A stretch of 64,000 nucleotides of DNA. It comes from Octopus sinensis. Its lineage: Eukaryota. The DNA lies in NCBI RefSeq assembly GCF_006345805.1, contig NC_043015.1:17918001-17982000 (forward strand), read 5' to 3'. Position 1 is the first letter of the stretch, and each line of letters begins with the position of its first letter. Positions 12,461-25,433 of the stretch are shown here, piece by piece. The translations under genes and the position numbers were made by a program. A model generated the notes under the pieces. That model was not told where the DNA came from. It worked only from the letters and a program-made list of their open reading frames with translations, and made no database searches.

Positions 12461-14101
12461 CTAGTCTTGCCGGGTCTTCTCACGCACAGCATACTTCCAT
12501 AGGTCTCGGTCTCTAGTCATTTCCATGGTGAGACCTAACGTTCGAAGGTCGTGCTTCACCACCTCGTCCCAGGTTTTCCTGGGTCTACCTCTTCCACGGG
12601 TTCCCTCAACTGCAAGGGATTGGCACTTTCTCACACACCTATCTTCATCCATTCTCGCCACATGACCATACCAGCGCAATCGTCTCTCTTGCACACCACA
12701 ACTGATGCTTCTTAGGTACAACATTTCTTTCAAGGAACTAACGTTCTGTCGAGTAAGTACACTGACATTACACATCCATCGGAGCATACTGGCTTCATTC
12801 CTCATGAGCTTACGCATGTCCTCAGCAGTCACAGCCCATGTTTCACTGCCAAGTAGCATGGCAGTTCGTACACATGCATCATACAGTCTGCCTTTTACTC
12901 TGAGCGAGAGGCCTTTAGTCACCAGCAGAGGTAAGAGCTCCCTAAACTTTGCCCAGGCTATTCTTATTCTAGCAGTTACACTCTCAGTGCACCCACCCCC
13001 ACTACTGACTTGGTCACCTAGATAACGGAAGCTATCAACTACTTCTAGTTTTTCCCCCTGGAAAGTGACGGAAGTTGTTTTCTGCAGATTTTCGGAGGTC
13101 AATGCTCCCGAGCATCTGCCACATACAAAAACTATCTTCCCAGTTAGCCTACCTTTGACATTGCTGCACCTCTTATGTGTCCATAGCTTACACTGGGTAC
13201 ATCTTATAGAGTTTCTACCTACACCTTTTCTACAGATCGAGCAGGGCCATCTTCCTGAGGACATTTGTGGATTGTCTACCTTCCTACTTATTAGTACTTT
13301 GGTTTTAGCTAGGTTGACTCTAAGGCCCCTCGATTCTAAACCCTCCTTCCACACCTGGAACTTCTCCTCCAGTTCTGATAGTGACTCAGCAATTAAAGCG
13401 AGGTCGTCAGCATAGAGGAGCTCCCAGGGGCAACCTGTCTTGAATTCCTCCACAATTGCCTGGAGGACTATGATAAATAGGAGGGGGCTGAGTACTGAAC
13501 CCTGGTGGACCCCAACCTCTACTTTGAATTCTTCTGTGTACATGTTGCCAACCCTAACCTTACTTACGGCATCTCTGTACATGGCTTGCACAGCCCCCAC
13601 CAGCCATTCATCTGTCCCTAGTTTCCTCATTGACCACCAGATGAGGGATCGGGGAACCCTACCAAAGGCTTTCTCCATGTCAACGAAAGCCAGGTACAGG
13701 GGCTTATCTTTGGCTAGGTATTTCTCCTGCAGCTGCCTTACCAGGAATATAGTATCAGTGGTGCTTTTCCCTGGCACGAACCCAAACTGCATCTCATCTA
13801 AACTAACTCTCTCTCTAATTAGTTGGGCTATGAACCTCTCTGTAACTTTCATTACCTGATCCAACAGCTTGATACCTCTGTAATTATTTGTATCTAGGGC
13901 ATCACCTTTACCTTTGTAGCAGTTGACTAGTATGCTGCTACACCAGTCATTGGGTATGACTCCTTCGTGTATCACCTGGTTGACTATACGGGTGACTAGG
14001 TTATAGTCGACACTGCCAGATATTTTGAGCATCTCTGCAGTAATTCCTGATGGGCCTGGGGCTTTCCCTGTCTTCATGCTTCTAATTGCCTTAGCTACCA
14101 C
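12461..14101 (-). CDS. RTE-clade reverse transcriptase (546-aa open frame, N-terminally truncated)
   Basis: Motifs KAPGPSGI, NYRGIKLL, QFGFVPGKST, FVDMEKAF, HQGSVLSP, LLYADD, FRYLG, RLRWYGHV, RGRPRKTW. Confidence 0.93.
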   Translation of the reverse strand: MVAKAIRSMKTGKAPGPSGITAEMLKISGSVDYNLVTRIVNQVIHEGVIPNDWCSSILVNCYKGKGDALDTNNYRGIKLLDQVMKVTERFIAQLIRERVSLDEMQFGFVPGKSTTDTIFLVRQLQEKYLAKDKPLYLAFVDMEKAFGRVPRSLIWWSMRKLGTDEWLVGAVQAMYRDAVSKVRVGNMYTEEFKVEVGVHQGSVLSPLLFIIVLQAIVEEFKTGCPWELLYADDLALIAESLSELEEKFQVWKEGLESRGLRVNLAKTKVLISRKVDNPQMSSGRWPCSICRKGVGRNSIRCTQCKLWTHKRCSNVKGRLTGKIVFVCGRCSGALTSENLQKTTSVTFQGEKLEVVDSFRYLGDQVSSGGGCTESVTARIRIAWAKFRELLPLLVTKGLSLRVKGRLYDACVRTAMLLGSETWAVTAEDMRKLMRNEASMLRWMCNVSVLTRQNVSSLKEMLYLRSISCGVQERRLRWYGHVARMDEDRCVRKCQSLAVEGTRGRGRPRKTWDEVVKHDLRTLGLTMEMTRDRDLWKYAVREKTRQD

Positions 14102-14927
14102 GGAACTATCAACTCGGATAGCTGGTCCCTCTGTTGGGTCAAATGGATGGTCAAATGAGGATGATAATTATGTTTGTGTGTGTTTACATTTACATTCTAT
14201 GGAAGTCATAAATTACAAATGGTGTTGCTGTTGTTTCTTCTGTCAACAAATTGTCTGCTCACTTTATGCTTTTAATGACATGAAATAAAAGATCACTTAC
14301 TTGAAAAACAAGAAAGGTTTATTGACAGGAAGGGTAGCTAGCTATAAACCAATGCTTCAACAATATATTTGTTTAACCCTTGATAGCATTAAAAAAATGC
14401 AAAATTAATAAATGAACATAAAACACATACATACAGAGGCAAGCATATACAGGGACAAACATATATACAGGCAAGCATAAACACACTATACATGAACAAG
14501 TTAACATATATGCACACATACATTCATACACATATATGCAAGCATATACACATATACACACAAATAAAAGAATGCCTATATGATAGCAAGTCTAAAAGTA
14601 ATGTCTCTAAACTAAGAGTCAATCAAACACTGACTGTACATCAATAGACAAATACACCAGTACTCACACCTACTGCTACCTATATTAAAATTTAACAAGT
14701 AATTATTGTGACTATCCATGTTCATTGCCTGTTCACTGGTATAACAATAATGTCATTGTGATGTTAGCCGCAAAAAGTTTCTGAAATATCAGCTGATGCC
14801 AATTCTCCCACTCAGTATAAGAAACACTTCTTTTGTATATAGCCAATTAGTTCCTCACCAATAGTTATGTTATAAAAATATTAAATAGTAAACAAAGATA
14901 CAATTTTACAATAGCAGATGAACTAAC

Positions 14928-15082
14928 CGGCCTGGTTCTTCTTCATTTCTTGAACAAGTGTCTTCTCCAGGGCTATTTCTCCCTCAAGCTTTGCTGTCCT
15001 GCCAGATGCGATAAGTTTCCCCAAATCCTCATTTTCTTGCAGCAACATACGACACTTGGCCATTAGTCTTTTCCCAGTCTGG
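14928..15082 (-). CDS. WTAP: WTAP/fl(2)d homologue, penultimate coding exon (155 bp)
   Basis: Flanked by tttcAG and GTTAGT. Translates (S)QTGKRLMAKCRMLLQENEDLGKLIASGRTAKLEGEIALEKTLVQEMKKNQA, which matches human SQTGKKLMAKCRMLIQENQELGRQLSQGRIAQLEAELAL from memory. Splices in frame to the 576-1768 exon across a 13.2-kb intron. Confidence 0.92.
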
Positions 15083-17003
15083 CTGAAATTGAAAAAAATT
15101 TTAAAAATGAATCAGTATAGACACAAGAAGATATTTAGTGAATCAATCATTCTATTTTGTTATCACAACAACAATTACCATTAATAGAATAAAGATTGAA
15201 ATATTAAATAAAAAGTATATTTTGGAATTATGTTTAAGTACATAAACTAAATTCGATAGATTCTATAAGTTAGTTTTAAGAGAATCAGTAGAAAAGACCA
15301 ACTGACACAAGATGCTTGCTGCAACTAGAAACTAATAAAGACTGATGTTGAATCATATGTCCTCTAATTTTTTGATGTGAGTACACACAACCATTACTCA
15401 AATTCTTCAATTAAAAAGAATTTGATTTCATCTTGGAAAATTTGTGTGCACACATTTTTTCCTTTCTACATGTAAAACAGACATGCATATGCACAAGCAT
15501 CAAACTTAGAGGGAACACTGCATAGGATATGGTTCAATTTGAAATATCATTTATTTTGAAGTAGAAACAGGAAAAAAATAATGAAATCTGAGTTGTTAAG
15601 TGAAGGTTGAATCTATTTTCTTAATGCTTTTATACTCAGTGAATAACACTTGCCTCTAGAAGCATATAGACTTACAAAAAAGCATAGTCCTCACTTGCAA
15701 AGTATGACTTGACAACAACATACAATGCTTTTGTTAATCCCTTTAGGTGCCTATGTAATTGCAAGCAGATTGTTATCATTTCAGTCTTGCTAACCTTGAA
15801 GCAGTAGATTGTCCAGAATGTAACAGCTGATGAGAGATAGAGCTGCACAGGTAGTCAGCAAGTACTGATTTTTAGCTAAGTAGACTGGAGCAACATAAAA
15901 ATCAAACTCAGGACCATAAGACAATTTGGTCAACATACACAGCCTAACCTTCAAATATACACATGAATTCTAGAGTCTTTTAAATAGTCATACACACACA
16001 CACATTTCTCTCTGTCACATTATAACCTCTTATCATCTGATAGAAGATCACCTCCTCCAATGCCCCTTCCTCTATAGCAAGACATCTGTTTCTGCCTCTG
16101 TCTCTGTCACTTTTCATCATCTGACACAAGATCCCCTCCTCCACATAAAAAGCATCCAGTTCACACTGTAAAATGGGTGGCATTTAGAAGGGTATCCAGC
16201 TGTAAAAATCATGCCAAAATTGACCCCGTCTGTGCTAGTGCCATGTAAAAAAGCACTCAGTCCACTCTTGAAGCAGTTGGTGTTAGGAAGGGCATCCAGC
16301 CATAAAACCCTGCCAAAAACAGACACAGTAGCCTAGGGTAGTTTTTCTACCTAGCCAGCTCCTGTCATCTGTCCTACATGGAAGATGGATGTTAAATGAT
16401 AATGATATATATGTATATAGACATTTAAATCACTCTACAATTCATATGTAGATGTCAATCATCATCATTATTTAACATTCACTTTTCCATGCTTGCATAG
16501 GTGAGATGGGATTTGCTGAAACAGGTTTTCCATGGCCAGATGCCCTTCCTATCACCAATGCTTACTTGTTTCCAAGCAAGGTAAAATTTCCCCAGTGAGG
16601 CATGTATTGACAGAATATTGGAAATTAGGAAGAGCATCCAGCTATTGAAAATCTGCCTCCGTAAACTCTATCCAACCTATGCAAGTGTGGAAAATTGGAT
16701 GTTAAAGTGATGATGATGATAATGATGATGAATGACATTCATTTTACAACAAATGCACAATGATGTCATGACAAAGAGACACAAAGATACAAACACACAC
16801 ATGCATGCACACACAAATATATATATATATAGCATACTACTTTCAGTTTCTGCCTACCAAATCCACTTACAAGGATTTGGTCAACCTGGGACTATAGTAG
16901 AAGACACTGCCCAAGGTGCCACTCAGTGAGATGAACCTAAAACCAAATGGTTGAGAATCAAACTTCTTAACCACACATCCATGATTGTGCCTATATACAT
17001 ATA

Positions 17004-18319
17004 CAGGGTGTTTGAGCTAAATTGGACAGTTTACATAAAATCAAAAGAAAACATAATATCCCATACAAACACAAAATATTTTAAAATATAAAAAATATCA
17101 ACTCAATTATGGGTGGAAGAAAACAGTTTATTCAAAGTAGCTGTCCTCAGCTTCCAACATGATCTTGAGACAGCTCCAGAACTTGGTGCATGTGCTTCTG
17201 TGTTCCTGGGAACATCTTTAAAACACCTCCTTGATCTTGGCCTTGGTGTTTCAGGCAGAAATTGATGTTTTTCAGCTGTGTCCCACACATAGTAATCCAT
17301 GGGATTAAAATTGGGGGAACTAGGAGGCCAGAAATTGGGGCTGGCGAAGTCATAAAAATTCACTTGTAACCACTTTTTACTCTTTCTTGAAGTATGGCAG
17401 AGAACTGTATCCTGCTGTCACACATTTGGTCTTCCAGCAGCATCCCTCTCCAGCCAGGGTTTGACCAGTCTCCAGCAGCTTTACATAGCCATCTGAATTG
17501 GGCCTAAGGCCCTATTTAAAGAGCTGGAGTGGCATGGCATCACCTTCACTGGAGACACTGCCAAAGACCATCACAGCTTGGAGTAACTTGGTTTTCATAT
17601 GTGAACCCATGCTAGCATGGAAAACGGATGCTAAATGATGATGATGATGATGATGATGAACATCACATGGATTGTAGGCAAGTCACCTGCTGCTCTGAGT
17701 GTTGTGCAATTTGTCCTGACAGATGTTCTTTTCATCTGAGAAGAACCAGATTATACCTCAGCTTGTTCAGGAGCTTCTTTGCTTTTGTCAAGTGTTTCTC
17801 CAGGGCCCTGACTGTCAGAATTTGTCCCTTGTGTCTCTTGTACAAGTGGTAGCAAAAGTCTTCATTCAAAACCAGTTTCATAGAAGCTACTCCAACACCC
17901 ATTCCTCTCACCAAAGCACAAATTTCTTTCATTGGATCTTCCATCACCTTGTCCTGCAGTTGTTGGATAAATTCTGGCATGCAGGTGCTATCAAAACACC
18001 CTTTGTGTCCCTTCCTGCTGATCATGGCTTTGTAGTCCTCACTACAGCTGTCCATGTCATATCTCACAGCCTTTACAATGTTCACAGAGCATTGAGCAGC
18101 AGTCATCATGTCGACACTTTGATAATCAGCATGAATCATCATGATACTGGTAACTCTTTTCCAATATTCAGAAGGTTTCCAGTTCTCCATATCAGCTAAC
18201 TTTTTCTCAACTACAATTTTAATCTTTATGCTGTCCAATACTGTTGACTGATCACCAATACATCAAGCTGTTCTTAAAAAAGAACATAAAATATTACCAA
18301 ATTTAGCCCAAATACCCTG
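17004..18319 (-). mobile_element. Decayed IS630/Tc1/mariner DNA transposon (maT/DD37D-like by inference)
   Basis: TIRs cagggtgtttgagctaaatt / aatttagcccaaataccctg with flanking TA. N-terminal ORF 17732-18238 and catalytic-end motif WPPSSPNFNPMDYYVW at ~17270-17340. A short (GAT)n-tailed insert sits at ~17600-17660. Confidence 0.8.
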
Positions 18320-18410
18320 TATATAAAACAGGTGTCTTCTACTATAGTCCTGGGCTGACCAAATCTTTGTAAGTGGATTTGGTAGACAGAATCTTATATA
18401 TATATATGCA

Positions 18411-18710
18411 TGCAATAATTATAATGATAGAGAATATGGAGACTGGTACATTCTCAAAATTTATTTCCTTTTATTTTACAATGTCATACAGCATATTTTA
18501 TGGTTATGATGATCTATGCAACAAACCAAGCTGATTGAAAGACTCTGAACAAAGCTGCACAGAAAATTATGCCTGGTTGCATATGCAACTGCTCAAAATA
18601 TGTGTAGGTTGTTGTAACCATAAAATATGGTATATGACATTGTAAAATAAAAGAAAATAAATTTTGAGGATGTACCAGTCTCCATATTCTCTATCATTAT
18701 AATTATTGCA
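18411..18710. mobile_element. 300-bp fold-back element / MITE with ~96-bp inverted arms
   Basis: tgcaataattataatgatagagaatatggagactggtaca...tatggtta is mirrored by taaccataaaatat...tgtaccagtctccatattctctatcattataattattgca. Confidence 0.85.
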
Positions 18711-19269
18711 AATATACACTCCAGATAATATTACCATCCAGTGAAGTAAACATGGTATTATCCATCAGAGAAATTTACGGCATAAGTGACAACTCCTAGT
18801 AGTCATAGACATTAAATACATTAGGATATAACAATATCCTAGAACATAACTGAGAGTTAGCTATCACGGTATCTGTCCAAATATATCCCTCTAAACTCAC
18901 ACACACAAGGGCATATGCAAACACACAAACATGTGTATGTGTGTGTGTGCATGTTTTATGTGTATTTGTATGTACTCTTGTCTATACACCATGTGATAGT
19001 TGTAATGAGCATGATCAACAACAGACAGGCAAGATTATTCATTTCTAGTCTTCTATGAAGAGCATATCTAGCTATGAGAAAATATGCCTCAACAAATTCT
19101 TTTTAACCTGTAAATGATAGTGATGATGATGATGATATAAATTTCTGTTGATACCTATAAATATATGTAGATATAATACATTATACATATATGTACACAC
19201 ACACACACACATCCTCATCATCATTTAGTCTCCTTTTTGCCATATATAAATACAACTGAGCAGGAAACC

Positions 19270-19790
19270 ATGCTGCTTTTGTGGAGAACATTTATCTTCG
19301 GTCACCAAGGCTGCTGCTCACAACTAAGGTCACCTAACTATTAAACTAAGAGCAGATCTAGAAACAATCCAACAATGCTTCACAAAGAAGATTGTCTTGA
19401 TGTAATAGTAAAGCTATTGGAAGTGATTGGAAAGCATTAAAATTCTACTTACTGGAGAAAAGATGGGAAAGATATGCAATTATCTATACATGGAAGATCC
19501 ATGAAAGGTGCATGCCAAAATTTGGTATTGAGAGCTATAATAATTGCTGAATTGGTTGTTACTTCATAGTCCTTAAGGTCCCACCCTTCTATGGAAAATC
19601 AAGATCATATACTGCAACAGCCAGGGTTCGAAAACCCACAGCTTTACAATATTTTGCTAAAGAAACTGAGAAATGGAAATGTATTCAAAAAACACCTGGA
19701 TAACCTATTATCTGTGTAACCAGAGAAACCAACATCACAGTGAGAAATGCAATTGAGAGCAGTGGCATCACACTCCCTTGTTCATCAAAA
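19270..19790 (+). mobile_element. Highly decayed 3' fragment of a CR1/L2-like LINE
   Basis: Translates ...LEKRWERYAIIYTWKIHERCMPKFGIE..., resembling the C-terminal LERRRERYxIIYxWKI motif of CR1-group ORF2. Confidence 0.5.
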
Positions 19791-20869
19791 GTTAGGTATT
19801 GTTGAAGTAGTATGACTTGTATATACTGTACTTTAGTGTGGCCAAAATCCTCAACCTAAAAAATGTATACATATACTAACACACACACATACATACACAT
19901 ATAAGCACACAACACAAATCACTTCAGTATGTTCAGCATGTATTTTAGCCAGAAGGTATTATTCTAGGATTACAATTAATAACAAATTACCTTCTCTATC
20001 TCAGTTCAACAGAAAACAATGAAAAATTAAACTGACATTGAAAGTACTTCAAAGTACTTGACAGAAAATTTATATCTAAATACTATGTAATGTTCTAAAT
20101 GACAACAATTAATTGGTGTCCATAATGAGAAATATTTTTGTAGTAACGATGATGATTGCAATAATAATTTTACTCAAGTCCCGAATCATCTCATCCTAAA
20201 CTATTCCATGATCCATATTTTATGTCCTAGCTATGTTCCATCAGCCTAATGATTGTTAACAAACAAGGCTTATCTCATGTCTATAATATCCTATGCCTCT
20301 ACAATATAATGGTCATTTACAATTGGATTGACTGCTTACAAGTAATAACAAGAAAGCACCCCTATGTGCTAATAAATAGTACAATATGCATAGTGATATA
20401 GTATACCTACTGATATATACTATAGTGATATTACAGTATGACTGCTGACAATACAATATATCAACTGTTAATGCAGTTTGATATATCATTTACAGAGTAA
20501 TTATTGTGTTTTGCATAATTCTAAATTGTCCTGAGAAATTTAGACATATTCAATGACATTAATTAATATTCTGAATAACAGTCACAAAATCCCATTTAGA
20601 AGCAGCAAGTTGTCTGTATGTATGTGTGTCTGTCTGTAAGAGAGAGAGAGAGCCTTTATGCATGGATACTAAACATAATGTTTGGTTTAAGGGATTTACT
20701 TGTCTCACTCACATTTTCAATATTTGCAGGGAGATGGAGAGAAAAAAAGATATTTGCACTGATGTGATACTGATTTACAACACAGTCTCTCACACATTTT
20801 CAGTTTGTTTATCATGAACTATTGAGTACCATCTTTTTTGTTGACAAACTAGATTATTTGAGTGTATTC

Positions 20870-21040
<171 letters not shown>

Positions 21041-21239
21041 AAAGCTTCATGTCAGGAAGTTTAAATTATAGAATCCAAGTGAGTAGATATTAATTCAAGT
21101 GTGGTATTATTTACATTCGGCAGATATTTATCCACATCGTTTGTTTTAACACATTTTGGCTGATATACTCTCCAGCCTTCTTCAGGTGTCTTGGGGAAAT
21201 TTCGAACCTGAGTTCTCATTCCTAAGGTATTTTTCGATC

Positions 21240-21860
21240 ATCATCATCATCATCGTTTAGCGTCCGCTTTCCATGCTGGCATGGGTTGGGCGGTGCAACT
21301 GGGGTCTGGGAAGCCAGAAGGCTGCACCAGGCCCAGTCTGATCTGGCAATGTTTCTACAGCTGGATGCCCTTCCTAATGCCAACCACTCCATGAGTGTAG
21401 TGGGTGCTTTTTATGTGCCAGGCGAGGCTGGCAAACGGCCACGATTGGATGGTGCTTTTTACGTGCCACCAGCACAGAGGCCAGGCGAGGCTGGCAACGG
21501 CCACAATCGGATGGTGCTTTTTACGTGCCACCGGCACGGAAGTCAGTCAGGGCGGCGCTGGCAATGGCCACGTTCGGATGGTTCTCTTATGTGCCACCAG
21601 CACTGGTATCACAGCTACAATTTCCGTTCATGTTGATCGATTTTGATTTTGATTTTCACTTGCCTCAACAGGTCTTCACAAGTAGAGTTTTGTGTCTCAA
21701 GAAGGAAAGGTATGCATTAGTGGACTAAGGCCATGGGTTATGGTCTCACTTGTCTTGCTGGGTCTTCTCACGCACAGCATACTTCCAAAGGTCTCGGTCT
21801 TTAGTCATTTCCTCGGTGAGACCTAAAGTTCGAAGGTCGTGCTTCACCACCTCATCCCAG

Positions 21861-21865
<5 letters not shown>
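21240..21865 (-). mobile_element. 5'-truncated copy of the RTE family (RT C-terminus plus 3' UTR with ~3 VNTR units)
   Basis: Colinear with 11812-12575. Confidence 0.85.
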
Positions 21866-21869
<4 letters not shown>

Positions 21870-21902
<33 letters not shown>

Positions 21903-22300
21903 GCTAGAACTTGGAATCTTGAGGTTAGTAGCCCGCACTCTTAACCACTATGTGGCCCATATGACATCAGGACAGTATTCAAGAGTAATGCAACACTTTG
22001 CATATATCTTCTTCGAACACCACTGAAAAATACGAAAACAAAAAGAAACAGCATATATGCTTGGACACAACAACCTCCTAAGCAGACTGAGCAGATATGA
22101 GTAGCATATGGAAACTTGTATTAAGGAAGGATAGGAAAATATTAGATTTATAAACCCTAAAATTCACTTCATAATTGCCCATGGGTATATGGCATAGTGG
22201 TTAAGAGCATCGGCTACTAACCCCAAAATTCCGAGTTTGATTCCAGGCAGTCACCTGAATAATAATAATAATAATAACATCGAAAAATACCTTAGAAGTT
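21870..22300 (+). mobile_element. Internally deleted copy of the Penelope 3' region, preceded by an inverted tRNA-like head
   Basis: 21955-22295 matches pieces of 23373-23915. 21905-21950 is the reverse complement of the tRNA-like head. Confidence 0.75.
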
Positions 22301-22879
22301 TAAAATTGTTTGGTAAAAGAATAAACTAGTCACTGGATGTAAGAGATGTAATACAACCACCAGTAACATAGACACCATCACCATAACAACAGTTCAATGT
22401 AGAATGACATTACTGAGGGAGAAGTGTGTCTGTGTAGATATGGGTATATAATGAGAATTAGTGTTATTATTAACTCGATTAAGTAGCAAGCTTGGAGAAT
22501 TATTTGAACACTGGAGAAGTACTTTGCAGCATTTATTCCTATAATTAACATTTTGAGTTAAATTTCTGTCAAGGTCAACTTTACCATTCACCCCTCTGGG
22601 GTTGATAAAACATACTAACATTCAAGTACTGGAGTCGATGCTATAAATTAACTTCAACCTCATGCCAAAATATGAAATGATAACATAAAGAACAAACAAA
22701 ATTGTTAGCATGTGTGATAGAATGCTTAGCTGCCTGAGTTCAACATTGCCTTTCGACCTTTCAAGGTTGAAAAATAAAGTATCAGTCAAGTAGTACTGGA
22801 GTCAATGTATTCAATTAATGCTCTCCCTCTAAAACTGCTGGCCCTGTGCCAAAAATTTGAAACCATTAATATTATTATA

Positions 22880-24060
22880 ATACACTTCTATATTTAAGAG
22901 ATAAGGAATTATGTACATTATTTATATTTGACGGATATTTGTCCTTATCTTGTTTATTGTTAACACAACTCAATAAAGCCATCTATACAGTTCACAGTGG
23001 AACAGGAAAAAGACAACCAGCTAGCATTCCTGGACATATCAAAAACATGCACCAAGTATGGATTCAGGACATCCGTACACCGCAAGCCGACCTTCACTGG
23101 ACAATACCTCAACTTCAATTCCCACCATCCATAAAGTGTAAAGAGAGGGATTGCTCAGTGCCTAAAACATCGAGCAAAGAATATAAGCAGCAATCGTGAT
23201 ACACACCACAAAGAAAGGATCAAGCTCAATAATGATCTGTTAAGCAACAACTACCCCAAAAGTATAATATCCGCTCTAATTATGAAGAAAAGAGAGGGCG
23301 AAACCAATAAACTATCCACAGCCTGTCTACCCTGTGTGAAAGGCCTCTCTGAAAAGATACAAAAGATATGCAGCCCATATGACATCAGGACAGTATTCAA
23401 GAGTAATACAACACTTTGCATATATCTTCTTCAAGTAAAACCACCAATAGAAGAGAATATGACCAAAGACTGCATGTACTCCATCCCATGCAGGTGTGGT
23501 AGGTTATACAAAGGCGAAACATGCCACCCCATCAAAATAAGGGTAGCTGAACATTGCAAAGCTGTGACATGAGGAGATATTGATAAATCAGGTATAGCTG
23601 ATCATGTATGGAAAAATGGAGACCAACTCCCCCAGTGGGATGAAGTTAAAATAATAGACAGAGAACACCACTTGGAAAATACAAAAACTAAAAGAAGCAA
23701 CATATATGCTTGAACACAACAACCGCCTAAGCAGACCAAGCAGATATGAGTATTAAGGAAGGATAGGAAAATATTAGATTTATAAACCCGAAAATTCACT
23801 CCATAATTACCCACGAGCATATGGCGTAGTGATTAGCACGGGCTACTAACCCCAAAATTCTGAGTTCGATTCCAGGCAGTGACCTGAATAATAATAATAA
23901 CATCGAAAAATACCTTAGGAATGAGAATCCAGTTTTGAAATTTCCCCAAGACACCTGATGAAGGCTGGAGAGTATATCAACCAAAATGTTGTGTAAACAA
24001 CAAACAAGAGGATAAATATCTGTCAAATGTAAATAATGTAAATTATTATTATTATATTCA
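22880..24060 (+). mobile_element. 5'-truncated Penelope-like element: RT end, GIY-YIG endonuclease and terminal repeat; short inverted terminal segment at 22880-22970
   Basis: ORF 23282-23572 contains MYSIPCRCGRLYKGETCHPIKIRVAEH (GIY-YIG-type), with upstream QLAFLDI. The 3' repeat has a tRNA-like head and a hammerhead-like motif. Confidence 0.85.
23951..23994 (+). ncRNA. Degenerate type I hammerhead-like motif in the Penelope terminal repeat
   Basis: ACAC-CTGATGA-AGGCTG-GAGAGTATAT-CAACC-AAAATGTT-GTGT. Helix I ACAC/GTGT; GAAACGTT can be restored by reverting two CpG-type transitions. Confidence 0.55.
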
Positions 24061-25382
24061 ACTCTCATAATGTGAAGACATGCTTATCCTTTCAAAACAC
24101 ATTTATTTAAAACACTGCCAAATAAAATTTTCTTTGGAGTACTAGAAAATAAAAAAAAAGTATAAAATTGTCTAAGAAAGAGGGAGTTGCCCTCAATCCC
24201 TGTGGGGTAGACAGCATAAAAACAAAAATTTGCTTCACAAATTTTTAAAATTTTATTTCTATTCTTTAAAAGCTTCACATCCAAAATGGCTACCACATAT
24301 AATTATGCCACATGGTAAAACACTGCAAGAGGAAGAAGAAAAGAACAATATAGTGAACATTTAAGAGAAGAAAATAAATACATTCTTATCCAATCCCAAA
24401 TTTTGCAGCCTGTTCATATAATAGTGAAGTGAATACAAGCATGCCTTCAATGCAAAATGAACAAACAGAATTATTTAACCTATCGCTGTACTAATAAAAA
24501 AAATGTAGACAGGAAAATTTTGTAAAACCTGATAAAATTTCTTTGCTATCCAGGAGAGGGAAAAGAGAAAAATCATATACTTCTGCTGATGAGAAAGCAG
24601 AAATGGTTTAAATTTCTTACATCAAGTGGTACATATCCTCCAGTACATATCAAGAGAAATTATCTTAACTGAAAAACCAAAGTCATGGTATTATCTGCGG
24701 TACTTTTAAAACAGAAAACAGCCAAAACACAGACAGAAATTGTCAGACATACCTCTGGCTATACATCTGTGTCCCAGTACTAGAGTCACAATAAGAGATA
24801 TTGGACATGATGTAGACCCATGGCTAGTAGTGATTTTTGTATTGCAGTATGGGAGAGTGCGCTAAGCAGGCTTAAAGAAAGGTAACCTGTGTCAGAAGGT
24901 CTCAAATGAATTTGCAAGTTCTAATGAGCCACACTAGATTGGTGATACAGGCTTGAAGTCTAGTTGTTACATTTGTTAGAGTAAAACATAAGGTTAATCT
25001 CTGCATTTTAAAAATTCTTTATATTGGCAGTACTTTGAGTATAATATTTTAATGTGTCACATATAAATCATAAACTTTAACCTATAACTAAGCAACATCT
25101 CCTTTACTTATATGTCATACTGATGAAATAACTTTTACATGGTTGTTTCACCTGCTAGAAGTATCAGATTCAGAAAACTGAAATGGCTTAATTAGAGCTG
25201 ATAGGGAAAGATGTCATCTTGAATTCAAAACTTCCCAGTAGGGTAAGTGACAAACTATATACCTAGGTACTATAATAACTTAAGTATCTTTAATGACAGA
25301 CTATAGCACATGTACCCTAGGACTATTAATGGTAACCTATGTCTTCAGTTAAAATAACAGCCTATGTATGTGTGTGTATATA

Positions 25383-25433
<51 letters not shown>

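Larger units (their letters stand above)
11812..14143 (-). mobile_element. 5'-truncated RTE-clade LINE with uninterrupted RT, long 3' UTR containing a VNTR, and a (GAT)n tail
   Basis: RT ORF followed by a 3' UTR, (TCAAA)n, 63-bp repeats and the ...ggaaagctgacgttaaacgatgatgatg tail. The same layout recurs at 21240-21865. Confidence 0.9.
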
